DNA from: Sphagnum compactum
Lineage: Eukaryota
DNA: 64,000 bases
Reading direction: 5' to 3'
Assembly: GCA_965153455.1 (NCBI GenBank)
Contig: OZ234494.1
Location: 9,238,001 to 9,302,000, forward strand
Positions 28,495-40,994 of the stretch are shown here, in pieces. Every line of letters begins with the position of its first letter. The stretch's first letter is position 1. The translations under genes were made by a program, and so were the position numbers. Below the pieces are notes generated by a model that saw only the letters and a program-made list of their open reading frames with translations, was not told the origin of the DNA and ran no database searches.

Positions 28495-28890
28495 TAAAGT
28501 TATCCATAAAGTCTCACGATTAGGGGCCGAGAACGGTCAGTTTCGGCATAACAGGGCATCAAACGCATAACTGGGAATGAAAATTTTACAAAGCGAAATA
28601 ATTGGGACCTAAACTAGTTTTTCCACCAATCTTGGTGGTGAACTGAGTTTCATCCTGTCTTTCCTTTTCCCTGAGCGCATCCACTGATGCGACATATATT
28701 TTCACTGATCCGATCACTACTACTACTATAATTCGTCTGGAACCTTGTGCATTGAATTCTGAGTTTCAGCCTTTCATACGGAGATTTAATAAAATTTCCT
28801 TACTTTGCGGATACCTCTGAGTGAGGGGACAGGGGGTGAAAGGAGACTCAAAGACAGGGTGAAGGCAGGGTGACTTTACGGATAACTTTA
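28495..28890. mobile_element. MITE family A, copy 1 (396 bp including terminal TA)
   Basis: Inverted ends TAAAGTTATCCATAAAGTC / GACTTTACGGATAACTTTA. Homologous along its length to 44468-45280. Confidence 0.85.
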
Positions 28891-30944
28891 ATACGTGCCT
28901 TAAAAAAAAACTCTCTATTCTCAAGTCAGGCCTAAATTTTTGCTTGACTTTTCCTCCAATCAATCCCCTTTTTTTGTTGGATTCTTCTTCCTCATTTCCC
29001 CCATGAAACCAGCCAGTGTCACTGGGTGATTTTGTATACCTAATTGTTCATCATTTTTGTTAGGGAAGGCCATATTAGCATCTCTTAGCCTATGTACAAC
29101 TTATTTAGCATCGTGCTATAATTGTAAGCACTATTACCTAGTATAATTGGGGGTAGGTATTTCAGTATAATTCAAATGTCCCCACAAACAAACCTAGCAA
29201 ACTTCATTAAGAATCTCTCAACATTGGTCACAACCAAAGAAAGCTGTGTATGAGCCAATTCTTGGCAACCCAACAGAGAATTGGGTCCCCACTTTTACAA
29301 GACTCCCCAGTCCCCCAGTCCACCACCAACATGGTCCCACATCCAAGACTCAAGTGCTCCAAGACTCAAGTGCTTCTTCCCAAGATGTGGTAAAAAAGCA
29401 ACAATCTATATATTAAATTTTTTTTGTCCTATTTTGCATGCAGCCTTTCTTTTTAAATAGATGGTTTGTGTGTCCTCTTTTGCATTCCATAATTTTAGGA
29501 GGTGGTTGGTTGTTGGAGGAGTGTGTTTTGAATCATCAACAAAGTTGTCTTTTCTGCCATGTCCAATGCTCATTAATTCAGTGTGAATCTGAAGGAAGAA
29601 AGGCAAAGAAAAAAAGAAAAAAAGAAAACCCTAATTCCCATTCCAAGCTCTCATAAAAAAACAACCAGGAGCCAGAAAAAGTGTGCATTTGGCAGATCCA
29701 AATGGCCACCCACAAAGTGTGGAGATGGCATCCAAGTCTCATTTTGGTACCCTAAACCCTAAACCCTACCTACATACCTGTCTACAAGGTTTGTGCACAT
29801 GCTTTGTTACATTTGTATGTGTTTGAGTGGATTGTTTATGTGTGATCCATGTTGCCTTCCAAGTTCAGATTTTTTTGATTGCAAGGAGCCTCTTCAATTG
29901 GCCCATCACAAAAAAGTTCTGAATCTTTGGAGACTCCCCCAATGTAAAAAGTATTCATTCCAGACATAGACACCTATTGGCCCCAAAATTCCTCAAGCTA
30001 CATAGGTTCCAAGAGGACCAGCGTTGGGCAAAACTTATGGGATAAAGTGTGGTGCTATTGAGAACATGTTGAGGAACACATTGGGAACTGGGGGGGGGGG
30101 GGGGGAACCTGTTGATAACACATAGGGAAAAAAACCAAAAAGGGTCTCTTGGGTAGATCCCATAGGGGATGATGGTATGTATTTTGGTGTAATTTACCAC
30201 AAAACAAGACTTTTTGTCACATCCATTTTGTCCATTTACCTTCTTTATAACCTAGCGTAAATTAAAAACCCCCGCCTGGATGGATGCTTGTATTTCAAGC
30301 TCCCCATCCAATAACTAGAAAATTCCTTGCTACTCTTCCTTAAAAGCCTGGTAAGACATGACAAGGATCTCATGAGGCATATAATAACCCTACAAAACTG
30401 CCATATGGTTGGTGTAGTTTACTCCAATTATTTACTCGGTTGGTACTATCTCCACAAAATTTGTCTAGACCTCGAACTCCCACCCTTCCCAACCCCCAAG
30501 TTCCAACACTCCTCCTTATCCTCTCCCTCACACACACAACACCCCTTTCCCTCTCAATACTTGGGTCATTTTAGTTGGGCTTTGTTGGGCTTGCTTGCCT
30601 TTGTAGTCAAGGATATAGTGTTGAAATTCATTAATGAGTACACTACTTTCAAGGGACTTTGACCCCTACTTTGTAGACTGTTGTCTTTTCTTTGGTTGAA
30701 CATAACTTTCACAAAGTGAACTTCCGGGTTTTGTCTATCAACATAAGGAAGATTTTTGAAATGTTCCTAATATACATAAATGTGTGCCTTTCATTAGGCA
30801 TGTGTTTAAAATAAATAGTTTTTTCATGGCAAGGTTATCATGTGACACATGCCCTTCTTCTTAAATAGAATGATAAGGGACATTCTTTCTAACCCATTTC
30901 CAAACAAGTAGATAGTGCCTATGACATAGATATTTTGGAATATG

Positions 30945-31310
30945 AGGTACTTACTTGTTGGAACTAGGATTTGAATCCTTTGTTCACACAAGGGAATATT
31001 GCTTGTTATAAGGATAAAAGATCCTTGGGTTGTTTTTTTCAACATCCTCATGCTTTCTCTTCATTTGCCCCTTTTGTTTCCCCCTTTTCCCACAACCCAA
31101 ACCAACCCAAAAAGAAAAGTACTAATTAAGGTACTTACTTGTTGGAACTTGGATTTGAATCCTTTGTTCACACAAGGGAATATTGCTTGTTATAGGGATA
31201 AAAGATCCTTGGGTTGTTTTTTTCAACATCCTCACGCTTTCTCTTCATTTGCCCCTTTTGTTTCCCCCTCTTCCCCCAACCCAAACCAACCCAAAAAGAA
31301 AAGTACTAAT
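30945..31310. repeat. Recent tandem duplication, 184-bp period x2
   Basis: AGGTACTTACTTGTTGGAACT...AAAAGAAAAGTACTAAT starts at 30945 and 31129; the copies are nearly identical. Confidence 0.95.
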
Positions 31311-34300
31311 GAAGAGGACCAAAAAGTGGTGGTAGAATGTGGAAAGTAACTTGTTGGATTCAATCATGTTTCTTCACACATGAGAATACCATGGTATCTT
31401 TTCAAGTTGGGTAGAAATTATATTATTTTTGAGAATTTTGAAAATTTTAGTAATTATTTATTTGAGATGCCAAATTTTAGGAAATTACAAGGGAGAGAAA
31501 AATTACAAAAAATTGGTGGAAACCTACGAGTTTTTTTTTCGCTTCATGTCAATCCATCACAAAGCACATATTTGATAATTGACAACACTTTTTTCTCCTC
31601 TAATTTGGTGGAATATTATGTCTTCCCATTTTTGCTTTGAATAACAAGGGAAACATAAGAGGTCGTGGGTGCAAAAAAATGCATATGTACTCAAAACATG
31701 TTGATGAAACATACATAATTTCTTTGTATTTGGCATTTTGTCATAGTATTTTTTAAAACATTTCAACAAGGCAATCAAATAATTTTTCATTTTTTTCAAC
31801 TTTGCTTTTTTATTTTTTTATTTTTTTGGTTGAACTTGCCATTTTAGTATGAAATCAAAGCGCAATGGTTAAAACTAAATGGTTTCATTGGGGGGGGGGG
31901 GGGGGGGGGGGGACATGGGTTTCCTTAACATATATGCCCAAGTAATACCCTTCAAGAGATATGCATTCTATGGGAGCTTTTAACAATAACCTTGCTGAAA
32001 AAAAAAAGGATTTTAATTTTTAAAACCTTTACGTGGTAGAGGGTGCTTTCAATAAAACTTTTACTAATGATTGCATTATTTTTGACAAAAAAACATCTCA
32101 CACAAAATCTGTTTAAGGTTTCATTAAATATTGAAGAACCTTCAAGGACTATAGGAAATCAAAAATTCTCATGGGCTAATTAGAAACAAGGAAAGGAAAT
32201 GATAATGGCCCATTTAGATAAGTTGTATGGGTCAAGGACAAAACAAAAATATAATGAGAAAACTACATGGATTTGACAAACAAGGAATTTAACAATGAAT
32301 AAAAATTATAAAACTTTATTATTTAAACAAGGCATGTTACAAGTTAAATGAGATGGAATAGGAATACAAAGATCACAACTTGATTTGCAACAAGATTGAA
32401 AGGTGGTGCCTTCAAAAGCTTCACTTATATTATCTTATATAATTTAAAAAAGATTCATCAACATTTTAAAAAGTTCCACCAATTAACCAATTAAGTCTTT
32501 TGTAAGCTTTTATTAGATATTTTTAAATTAAAAACTTTCACCAATTACGTATTTAAAAAACTTTATCAATTATCATTTTGAAAAAATTCGTCAATTACAC
32601 ATTTAAAAAACTTTTAAACATATTCCTTGGATATTTCAAAAACTAAATCTTTTTAATGTTTAAAAAATTCAAACATAGTCTTTTGATTTTTCAAAAAAAA
32701 TCCTTTAATGTTTTAAAAACTGATGAACATATTCCTTGGATACTTAAAAAAACTTCTTTTGATGTTTTTAGGAACTTATAAGCATATTCCTTGGACATAA
32801 TTTCAAGAAACTTCCTTTATTACTTAAAGTGCATGACAATACTTATCGAGGCGAACAACCCTAAATCAACAAATTAACAAAATGGGAGCAATTGCAACAA
32901 GTGTGGTCTGGACCAGGAGGAGAGGTGCTTTAAAAAGTAATCGATAGTTGGGTTTTTTTGCCCAATGGTCTTTCAAACTTTAATTGCATCCTATCACCAT
33001 AATGGTTGGAAATTAACTTGGAATTTGTCTTTTGAAAAATTTGATGAGCCAACATTTGTTTTTGGTGCAACAAAGGAATTTCATCAAAAGTGCATACATA
33101 ATTTCCAAGTATTATCTATTCATGAAACCATCCCAATGATTTTAATGAATGTTAACTCTATAACTTTTAGAATGGAATAGTCAATAAGTAAGGTGCAATC
33201 AAGAATTTGCAAGCAAATTATAATGATTTTGGTAAAAAAAGGTCATTGAATTGTAATTTTCACCTTTACTACAACTTTCTCACTAGGCTTTGACTAGGGA
33301 TCTTGGGTTTGGGAGGACAAAACTATGTTCAAACTTCATGTGCTTCATGTTAGGAAAGGGTGAAAGTTTTTAGACAAGAATAAATGTTTGTTGAAGCCCA
33401 TTTAAGAGGAATGACAAATGTTATCATGTAGTTCCAAAATCAATTGGAAAGATGTTTGGTGAAAACAATGTGCAAAAAAAGATGTTGATTTTTCATAAAG
33501 TGGTGGTGCTCAATTTATGGAAAGGGGAAATGAACAAGATGCATGTAGTGTAATCATAAATCAATCATTAAAAAATCAATCATAAAAACCAGGTGTCATG
33601 TTTTGTTGAAAGCCTTATAACACATTTAGCTTGGGCATAGACATCTTTCAATCCTAATCTCCTTAATCCATCCTCCTATTTGACCCACCATGAATGTAAG
33701 CATTTGACATTCAACAATGCATTTTTAAAAGAAGCTATTGAAGAAGTTCCAAAAGATGACCCCTATGTGGATGAAATGGAACAATGTAATCTTTTGTAGC
33801 TTTCTTCACTCTAACTTTGGTTTAGGTTACCAAATCATAAAAAGCCTCATTGATCATGAGAGACTTCAATAGAAGCATATTTTGTGAAACATTACCAAGT
33901 GTCCAAAGGCTGATAGCAAGTTTCTTGTTGAATTTGATATAATGTGATGCTCACATTCATCTTTTGCTAAAGGAATGGGTTAGGAATGGGATAGAAGTTA
34001 GGTGGAGTTATCAACTTCACATGTTAGTTAACCTTGTTGGGTAAGTTCCATGCTTGCTTGGGGTTGGTTTTTATCTTTAGTTATATGTTTTTTGTGATTC
34101 CATGTATAATGCAATGACTTTTTGCAAATTATTCAAGTTTTTCTAATGAAAAACTTCCACAAAACCTACCAAAATAATGTTTATATTTATTGTCGAGATT
34201 CCACAAATTATGTTTTTATTGCTAAAGAGAATTTTTAAAATTAAAATAATTATTTGACACCCAAATGTTGAACTTGAAATGGTGAAATGGTATATTTGAC

Positions 34301-34486
34301 AAAATCCTTGTGGTTTCAAGAATTTGATAAAAGATGATTTAACATCCATGTTTTAAACATCCAAATTCTAATTTCCCTATCTTGTAAATCCCAACCCAAC
34401 TAAAATTTAATTTAAGTTACTAAAAAACACATGCACTAATACATGTTCTTCTTAATAATGATTAATACATGTTTCATTGTTTAAGA

Positions 34487-35030
34487 TTTTGGGTTCCATG
34501 CTTTGTACAAGCAAACACATGTTTTCTCAACACCATCTTTCCAATCATCATGACGATGAATGGATATTATGCTTACAACAGATGATATTTGAATTTTAAT
34601 AGACGTAATCATTGTTGACTTAATTTGTGTAGATCTTGTTTTGTGAGTTGTTTTTTTCCCAAGGAGTGGTTGCGATGATTGCAACTTAGGCAAAGGTTGT
34701 GTTATTTTGCAATTGACACCTTGAGGATGATTTCATCCCTCTAGTAGTAAAAACATTTAAATCTTTTACTAAAAAACGAACAACTTCCTTCATCGATGTG
34801 CCAACATGGCATGGTCAACAAAGGGGTTTGGAGGTTTTTCTCTTTCGATTATATGTTAATTTTACAGGTAGAAGGTGTTAGTGGCTCTGTATAAAGTTCA
34901 GATTGCCATGATCTTGCATTGGGCAATTGTGGGAGCAGGAAAGGCCTCGTTTAGGCTTGGTATCCTTCCAAGTTTTTTGCCCATGTCCTTGCACAACTTG
35001 CTTCATGTTAGTGGCGATGAGTTTAGGTCC
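34487..35030 (+). mobile_element. Decayed 3' end of a non-LTR retrotransposon with a restriction-like endonuclease (CRE/R2-type)
   Basis: Broken translation: GFHALYKQTHV..*R*MDIML..ILIDVIIVD..GVVAMIAT*AK..DDFIPLVVKTF..NFLHRCANMAW..KVLVALYKVQIAMIL. This matches the R-x-D..D-V..A..K..F-x-P-L..S-x-A-L-Q layout of RLE domains. Confidence 0.65.
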
Positions 35031-35429
35031 TAGGTTTCATGTTTTCTCCTCATAAGGCTCCCCATTGAACGTTTTGCACTTTTAGGTGTGATCTTTATTT
35101 GGACTTCGGTCCTTTCTTCTTTTTTCTTCTCTTGTTCCCTTGCCAAGTGTTTTTCCTTTATTTATTTATTTCCAAAAATGTTGGCCAAAGGATTCCTCAC
35201 AAAGTGAGATGCTATGGGGAACATGTTGAGGAACACATTCAGAACTTTAAAAACATGCTGAAAACCCATTAGGAACCTTGATGATAACACATTGAGGACA
35301 ACAAAAATCAACGTTATATTGCTTGCATTCCCCACCCCCACACCCAGCCCTCACAAAAGAAAAAAACCTGGGGCTTTTGGTTCATGCTAGCTCACCTTAT
35401 AAGTATTAGCTTCTTTGCCTACTTTCATT

Positions 35430-35790
35430 CCTATCTCAAACTACTACCTAAGACTCCTACCTACCTACCTACTCTCCTTCCTTTCTCAAACTATTTGGTA
35501 CCTACCTACCTACTTTCCTCCCTTACTCAAAATACAAAGTACTTGCCAACCTACTTTCCTCCCTTTCTTAAACTATTTGGTACCTACCTACCTACTTTCC
35601 TCCCTTTCTCAAACTACAAAGTACTTGCCAACCTACTTTCCTCCCTTTCTCAAACTACAAAGTAGCTGCCAACCTACTTTCCTCCCTTTCTCAAACTACA
35701 AAGTACCTGCCGACCTACTTTCCTCCCTTTCTCAAACTACTACCTACGAACTTTCCTTCATTTCTCAAACTACTCCTGTCCAACCTTCAT
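35430..35790. repeat. ~40-bp pyrimidine-rich minisatellite
   Basis: Repeated TCAAACTACAAAGTAC(T/C)TGCCAACCTACTTTCCTCCCTTTC, with a variant containing TTTGGTACCTACCTACC. Confidence 0.9.
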
Positions 35791-36670
35791 CCCTTCTTCC
35801 CATCCACTTTTCGCACGCCAACAAAAACAAGCACAAAATACCCACTCCCACTTTTTTTTTTAATGTTTGTAAATTATTTTTGGGGGGAAGGGGGGGTGGG
35901 GGAGCGCAAAGGTCTTGGGGGACTTGAGATCTTGACACGTGCAAAGTCGCAGTCTGACACGTAACGAAAGCGGAGCGATTGCCTGAATTCAAATCATGAA
36001 TTTTTGGGGAGCCTCGTTCGCAGCGAAAGTCCCCACCGCCCTTTACGCAGCCCTAGAAACCCGTAAAAGAAGATTTGCGGAGAACTTACTCAAGAACAAG
36101 AAGGAAGGAGGAAGCGGCCCGCAAACACTAACCATGGACCACGCGCACGGAGAAAGAAAGACACGGAAAAACAGAGACACACATAGAGAGAGAGAGGACC
36201 AAGTGTGTGCCTTTCGGTTGAGCTTTGAATGAAGAGGGAAATGTTTGGGGACGACGGAGTAATTATGATCTAACTGTCTTTTTGGGAAATGGGTCCGTTT
36301 TTTTTCTTGAGTTTTTTTTTGTGTTTGTAGGTAGCAGGAGTAGCCTAGCAGGAGTTGGTGATGAACTGATCTTGTGCAAACAAGAAGTGGGGTTGGGTTG
36401 TTGTTGGATCTGCGTGAAAGAGTGTGTGCTTTAGTGTTGTTGATCAGGAGGAGAGTTGCTGGGGGTTGTTGTTGTTGAGGAGAATCTTAAGAGAATGGAG
36501 TTCCTTGAAGGATGTGTTGTTAGTAGTAGTAGTACTAGTTGTTGTTGTTACCTTCAATGACTGGTGTGTTTCGACTCCTTCGCAAGGAAGTCGTGATCAG
36601 TTTCTGTTTGTGGCCCTTTCTCTTCTTGAAAGTTGTGAAGGTGAGGATGAAAGAGAAAGAGAAACTGACC

Positions 36671-39571
36671 ATGAAAGGAGCTAGGGATCGTTTATGGGGG
36701 CGTTGGCGTCCTGCTCTCTTGTTCAATCATGCTGGACTCTGCCGTATCAAACTAATGTCACTCCTCTGTCTTTTTTTGGTTGCCCTTGTGGTGATCAGTC
36801 GAGCTGCTTCTTTCATGGGATGGAGGCATCGCCTCGATTCTCCACAATCACTCTCAAGGTTCCTTTTTTGCCCCCCTTCTTTGTGATGATTTTTCAGCTC
36901 GGAGGTTGCTGGATTTAATGGGGAAATTGCATGATTATTGTCATGCCTCCCTAATGAGTCTGGAAACAACTTGATGCACCTTTGAATAATCTTCAAGGTT
37001 TAGGGTTTGTTGAAGATGGGTTTTTTTTCCCTCCCTTGACCAGAGACTGTGGTGCACGCTTCTCTTTGTTATTGGTGATCACAGAGTTCATGAAATTAGG
37101 TGCAGAAAGAGGGTTGTGATTTTGTTAAGTTCAAGTGTTTCTTGGTTCTGCATTACTACAAGTACCAGTAATGTGTGAGTTCATATGTGTGACGTTGTTT
37201 TGAGCTTTTCCTCATTCCAGAGAATGGAAGTAGACCTCAGTGCTTAATGCCAAGCTTGTTGTGTGTTGCTGTTGTTGCATATACCATATGTTCAACCATG
37301 TGCATTGTTTAAGTGTCACAAGATTGAGTTATCCTTGTTTGAAAGATGTTAGAAGTGAGCTTCTCATCTACTTTGGGAAGTGCATAATTCATGCAACATA
37401 CTTCTGATGGTCTTTTTGTGCTGAATTTTCTTGTCAAGCATTTGATCCATGCTTGGCAATTATAGATGTGTGCTCAGTCCTAGCAGAGTGTAAAGAGATT
37501 AAGGAGAGTGTCTTTGCACTCAAAAACTGTCGCATCTGGTGTCTGATGCAGGCACCGATACACAGTGTTGATAAATACATGGAAACGAAATGACCTGCTC
37601 AAGAAAACTGTGGCACATTATGCACAATGCAATGGTGTTGATGCCATCCGTGTGGTTTGGAGTGAACATGACCCGCCATCTGACTCTCTATATTCTGAAT
37701 TGAGTCAATCTGTGGCTTCCAGCAATGTGCATGAGAAACACCAGAAAATTTCATTCCAGTTTGATACTCATGATAAAGATGATTTGAACAATCGATTTAA
37801 GCCGCTCAAGGGGCTTCACACAGATGCTATCTTCTCGATTGATGATGATGTAGTGGTGCCATGTGCATTGCTGGAATTTTCATTCAGCGCTTGGCTTACT
37901 GCACCAGACAGTATGGTTGGCTTTGTTCCTCGAATGCACTGGATTGAGTCCATGGTATGTCTCAAACAATCCAATGCAAATGCAAGGGAAATATGCTACA
38001 TTGATGCACTCTTGTTGTTCCTTGTAGATGTTTAGTTTGCCTGCACCCTTTTGTTAGCCTAGACTCAGAAAATTCCACTCCAACTGGAGCCTTTCTCCTC
38101 TAACCCTTAAGAGCTTAGATCAAGCAAATCAGCAACTCTCCTGAACAAGCCCTGATTGGAATTTGTATCTACCATGAGTTAGTGTGGATTGGCCTGCTAG
38201 CAATAGACCTAGTGCCCAAATTTGGATGGAGTAGAGAGAGAAGATGCATCAAGATTTGGAAACCATGGGAGAGCATTTAACTTTGTGCTGGTGGGAAGCA
38301 GAACCATGCAGGGGAGGAGGAGAAGTACACATATGGGGGATGGTGGTCAGTGTGGTGGATGGGCTCGTATAGCATGATCCTCTCCAAGGCTGCTTTTGTA
38401 CATCACAAATACTTTGAGCTTTACACTCATCAGATGCCTGCCTCAATACGCCACTATGTCAGAGAAGCAAGGTATGCTGAAGGCTGATATTTGTAGTGAA
38501 GTTTGGATTTGTCTCTAAATGAAGTTCTCACTATCGTCAAACCCATGAGAAGTCTCTGATTAAGGAAAGAGATTGGAAGTGAAGAGCTCCACCACCCTCT
38601 TTCCCAAATTTCAGGTTGCTTGTCTTCTACTTAATCTTGATATTTGAAAACCTTGAAATTCTGTGGATCTGAGTCTCTTCTCAACCTTGGAAGATGAAGA
38701 GTTTGTAAGCTTGGTAAAGGAGTGAACTTCGGAGTAAAGAATGGTGCCTTCAGATGGCTTGTAAGAAAAGAAGTCAAGCAAAGGAGAAGAAAGAAGCTTT
38801 GGGTGTCATGAATCCTAACTACCTACCTTTTCATAGGAACCTAACTTGGAAGTGTCTGCAGGAGAGGTGGACACTGGTGAGAATAGAAGCTATTGAAACA
38901 AGACTTGTGAATTCTGAGTCTCAAATTGAGAAAAATGGAACAAAATTTAAAATTGAGAAGGATCCTTCAGTGTTGGGAAATTTGTGTCTTCTTGAGGACT
39001 ATGAAGATGAAGACAATGTAGAAGATGAAAAGCAATCTGGAAATGAGGATTGAAGGGAGTTATGTTAGCTATAATCTGTTGCAATATCTGGAGGTGAAAT
39101 CAGTTTGTGACAATAATATTTTTTGTTGGGTCTGGATGCAGAAACTGTGAAGACATTGCTATGTCATTCTTGGTTGCAAATGCAACTAGTGCTCCACCTT
39201 TGTGGGTGAAAGGTAGTACTTTGTACAATCATGCATATATATGGATATGAATACACACACACACACACATATATGTGCTGTGCTCTCTCTCTATCTTGGC
39301 TGTTTGGTTAACCCTTTTTGTTTTGTAGTCTGAGTTTTGTGCAATACCTTGTGAGTTGACTCTGTCATTTTTGGTGATGCTAATTGTGCTCTCTCCTGGG
39401 TGCTGTGCAGGTCGTCTATTTGAGATTGGGTCAACAGGAATCAGCAGTCTTCAAGGCCACTCTGAGCATCGCACGCAATGTGTCAACCACTTTGTATCTG
39501 TATATGGGTATATGCCCCTTGTAGCCAGCCATGTAAAAGTAGTAGATGCACGAAATCAATGGTTGTGGTGA
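36671..39571 (+). CDS. EPC1: Glycosyltransferase family 64 protein (EPC1/GMT1-like), 330 aa, type II membrane protein
   Basis: Exons 36671-36858, 37552-37954, 38302-38471, 39142-39212, 39411-39571 join in frame (993 nt). N-terminal TM helix, then YTVLINTWKR, VVWSE, LNNRF, FSIDDD, VGFVPRMHW, YSMILSKAAF and RNCEDIAMSFLVAN. Confidence 0.95.
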
Positions 39572-39998
39572 TTATCTCTTTGCTGTATGCGATTTCGCCC
39601 CCCATTTTGTGTTTTTTTAATCTCAGCTTGGTTTCTGCATGATTTTAGCTCTCTACTCCTTCTCTATCTCAACCTGGGGAGCAATTTCTTTGGGCCAAAG
39701 TCAGTTGCACTTCTCTGTGAACATTATGTAAGTGCATACTGGAAGGAGAAAATCCCAACTAATGCTTGGAGATTTGATCATCTTATTTTCAGCTTTCAGA
39801 AAAAGAGTTTTAGTACTTCGGGTTTTTCTTAGCCCTACATTTGCTTCACTATTGTTGAAAAATTCAGTACAAATTTGCTACAGATAATGAGATATTATTG
39901 TAGGTGAAAGGGTTATCTCTCAAGTACAAAAGTTGGTTTGGAGTACTGATAACTTCCCATCTCTTGTGGTTATATACATCATACACATTTCCAAGTGC

Positions 39999-40994
39999 CT
40001 AGAAGACTCCAGGGTGACCGCGAATCTTGCTCAAATCTAAGTCGCAAAGACTGGGTTGGATGTTCTCCTTGCAATCAGAGGGCCTCAGTGTCAGACAATC
40101 AACAAACAGGCCCCCCTTCCAGTAAGTGCAGTCTGTCTCCCTTATAGCATACATCACATCAACTTGTTTCACTGTGGATGTGCTCCCCTTGACAGTGATC
40201 TCCCCAACTTCAAACTCAAACCATTCCTGAAACCCACCACTGGGAACCTGTGACAAGCTTAGCTGTCTTTCCACAGCTTCACCATCACCAATGGAGATGC
40301 AAAATGTTAATGGCAGTTTCCATGAGAGGAAGTAAAAACGCCCCCCTTGAGGGTTGGCAACGCGCAGCCGCCAGACTGCTGTGTAAGAACTTGGTGGTAA
40401 AGAACAGCTCCACGTCCCATTGATTTCCAACCAGCATACTGCCAGCAAATGAGCAATCTGGACAAAGGAAGCAAAACCCAACTTCTTGATCAGAACTACC
40501 TCTCCTTGTTCACCTCCTGCCTCAGAACTACATTCTTGCCATGGTGATTACAAAATGGGCGAAGCTGCTGTACAATTGCAATTGCAGATAAAAGACAGGA
40601 AGAAGAGTAGTACTACCTTGCCAAAGCAAGAGCTTCGAGATTGCTCCCAACGCCAAAATCTAGTGTCTTGGCCCCCAGCTACATTCATGGCTGCCACTGA
40701 GAGCACTCTGCAGACTCCCCTTGTGCGTCGCAGTAAGACATACTTCTGCAAACCCTGATCTAAGAATACACCGTTGGCCATGGTCATCACAATGTCCTTC
40801 TTCTTACTTCCGCTGGTGGGCCAGGTCTTCAAGGTGGTTTTGTAGTCAGAGGGAAGAAAATTCTCCCAAACTGCGTCAGACTCTATTGCTCTTTTGAAGG
40901 CTGAGCACACTCTCGTTAGTCGAGCGGCATCAATTGGTGTTGTGCGAGAAATGATTGTGGCTATGCAACCCTCTGGCAAATCTGCCAGATTCAT
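39999..40994 (-). CDS. F-box protein with phloem protein 2 (PP2-B-type) lectin domain, 278 aa
   Basis: Exons 40994-40617 and 40457-39999 (GT..AG, phase 0). F-box LADLPEGCIATII..SDAVWENFLP; PP2 motifs DTRFWRW, AHLLAVCWLEI, EWFEFEVGE, WKGGLFVD. Confidence 0.92.

Noticed and set aside
33590-33960. Possible L1-type LINE relic on the minus strand (RRLGLKDVYAQAK-like)
   Set aside because: Only one weak motif; too degenerate to support without a search.
35384-35927. 93-aa and 170-aa ORFs
   Set aside because: By-products of the C/T-rich tandem repeat; the unit length does not keep a constant frame.
38754-39053. 99-aa ORF within GT64 intron 3
   Set aside because: The GT64 model is complete without it and no family motif is recognisable; probably decayed inserted DNA.
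12676-39571. GDP-mannose-related gene cluster (GMD plus GT64)
   Set aside because: GMD is a truncated pseudogene 23 kb away with unrelated sequence between; co-location is most simply chance.
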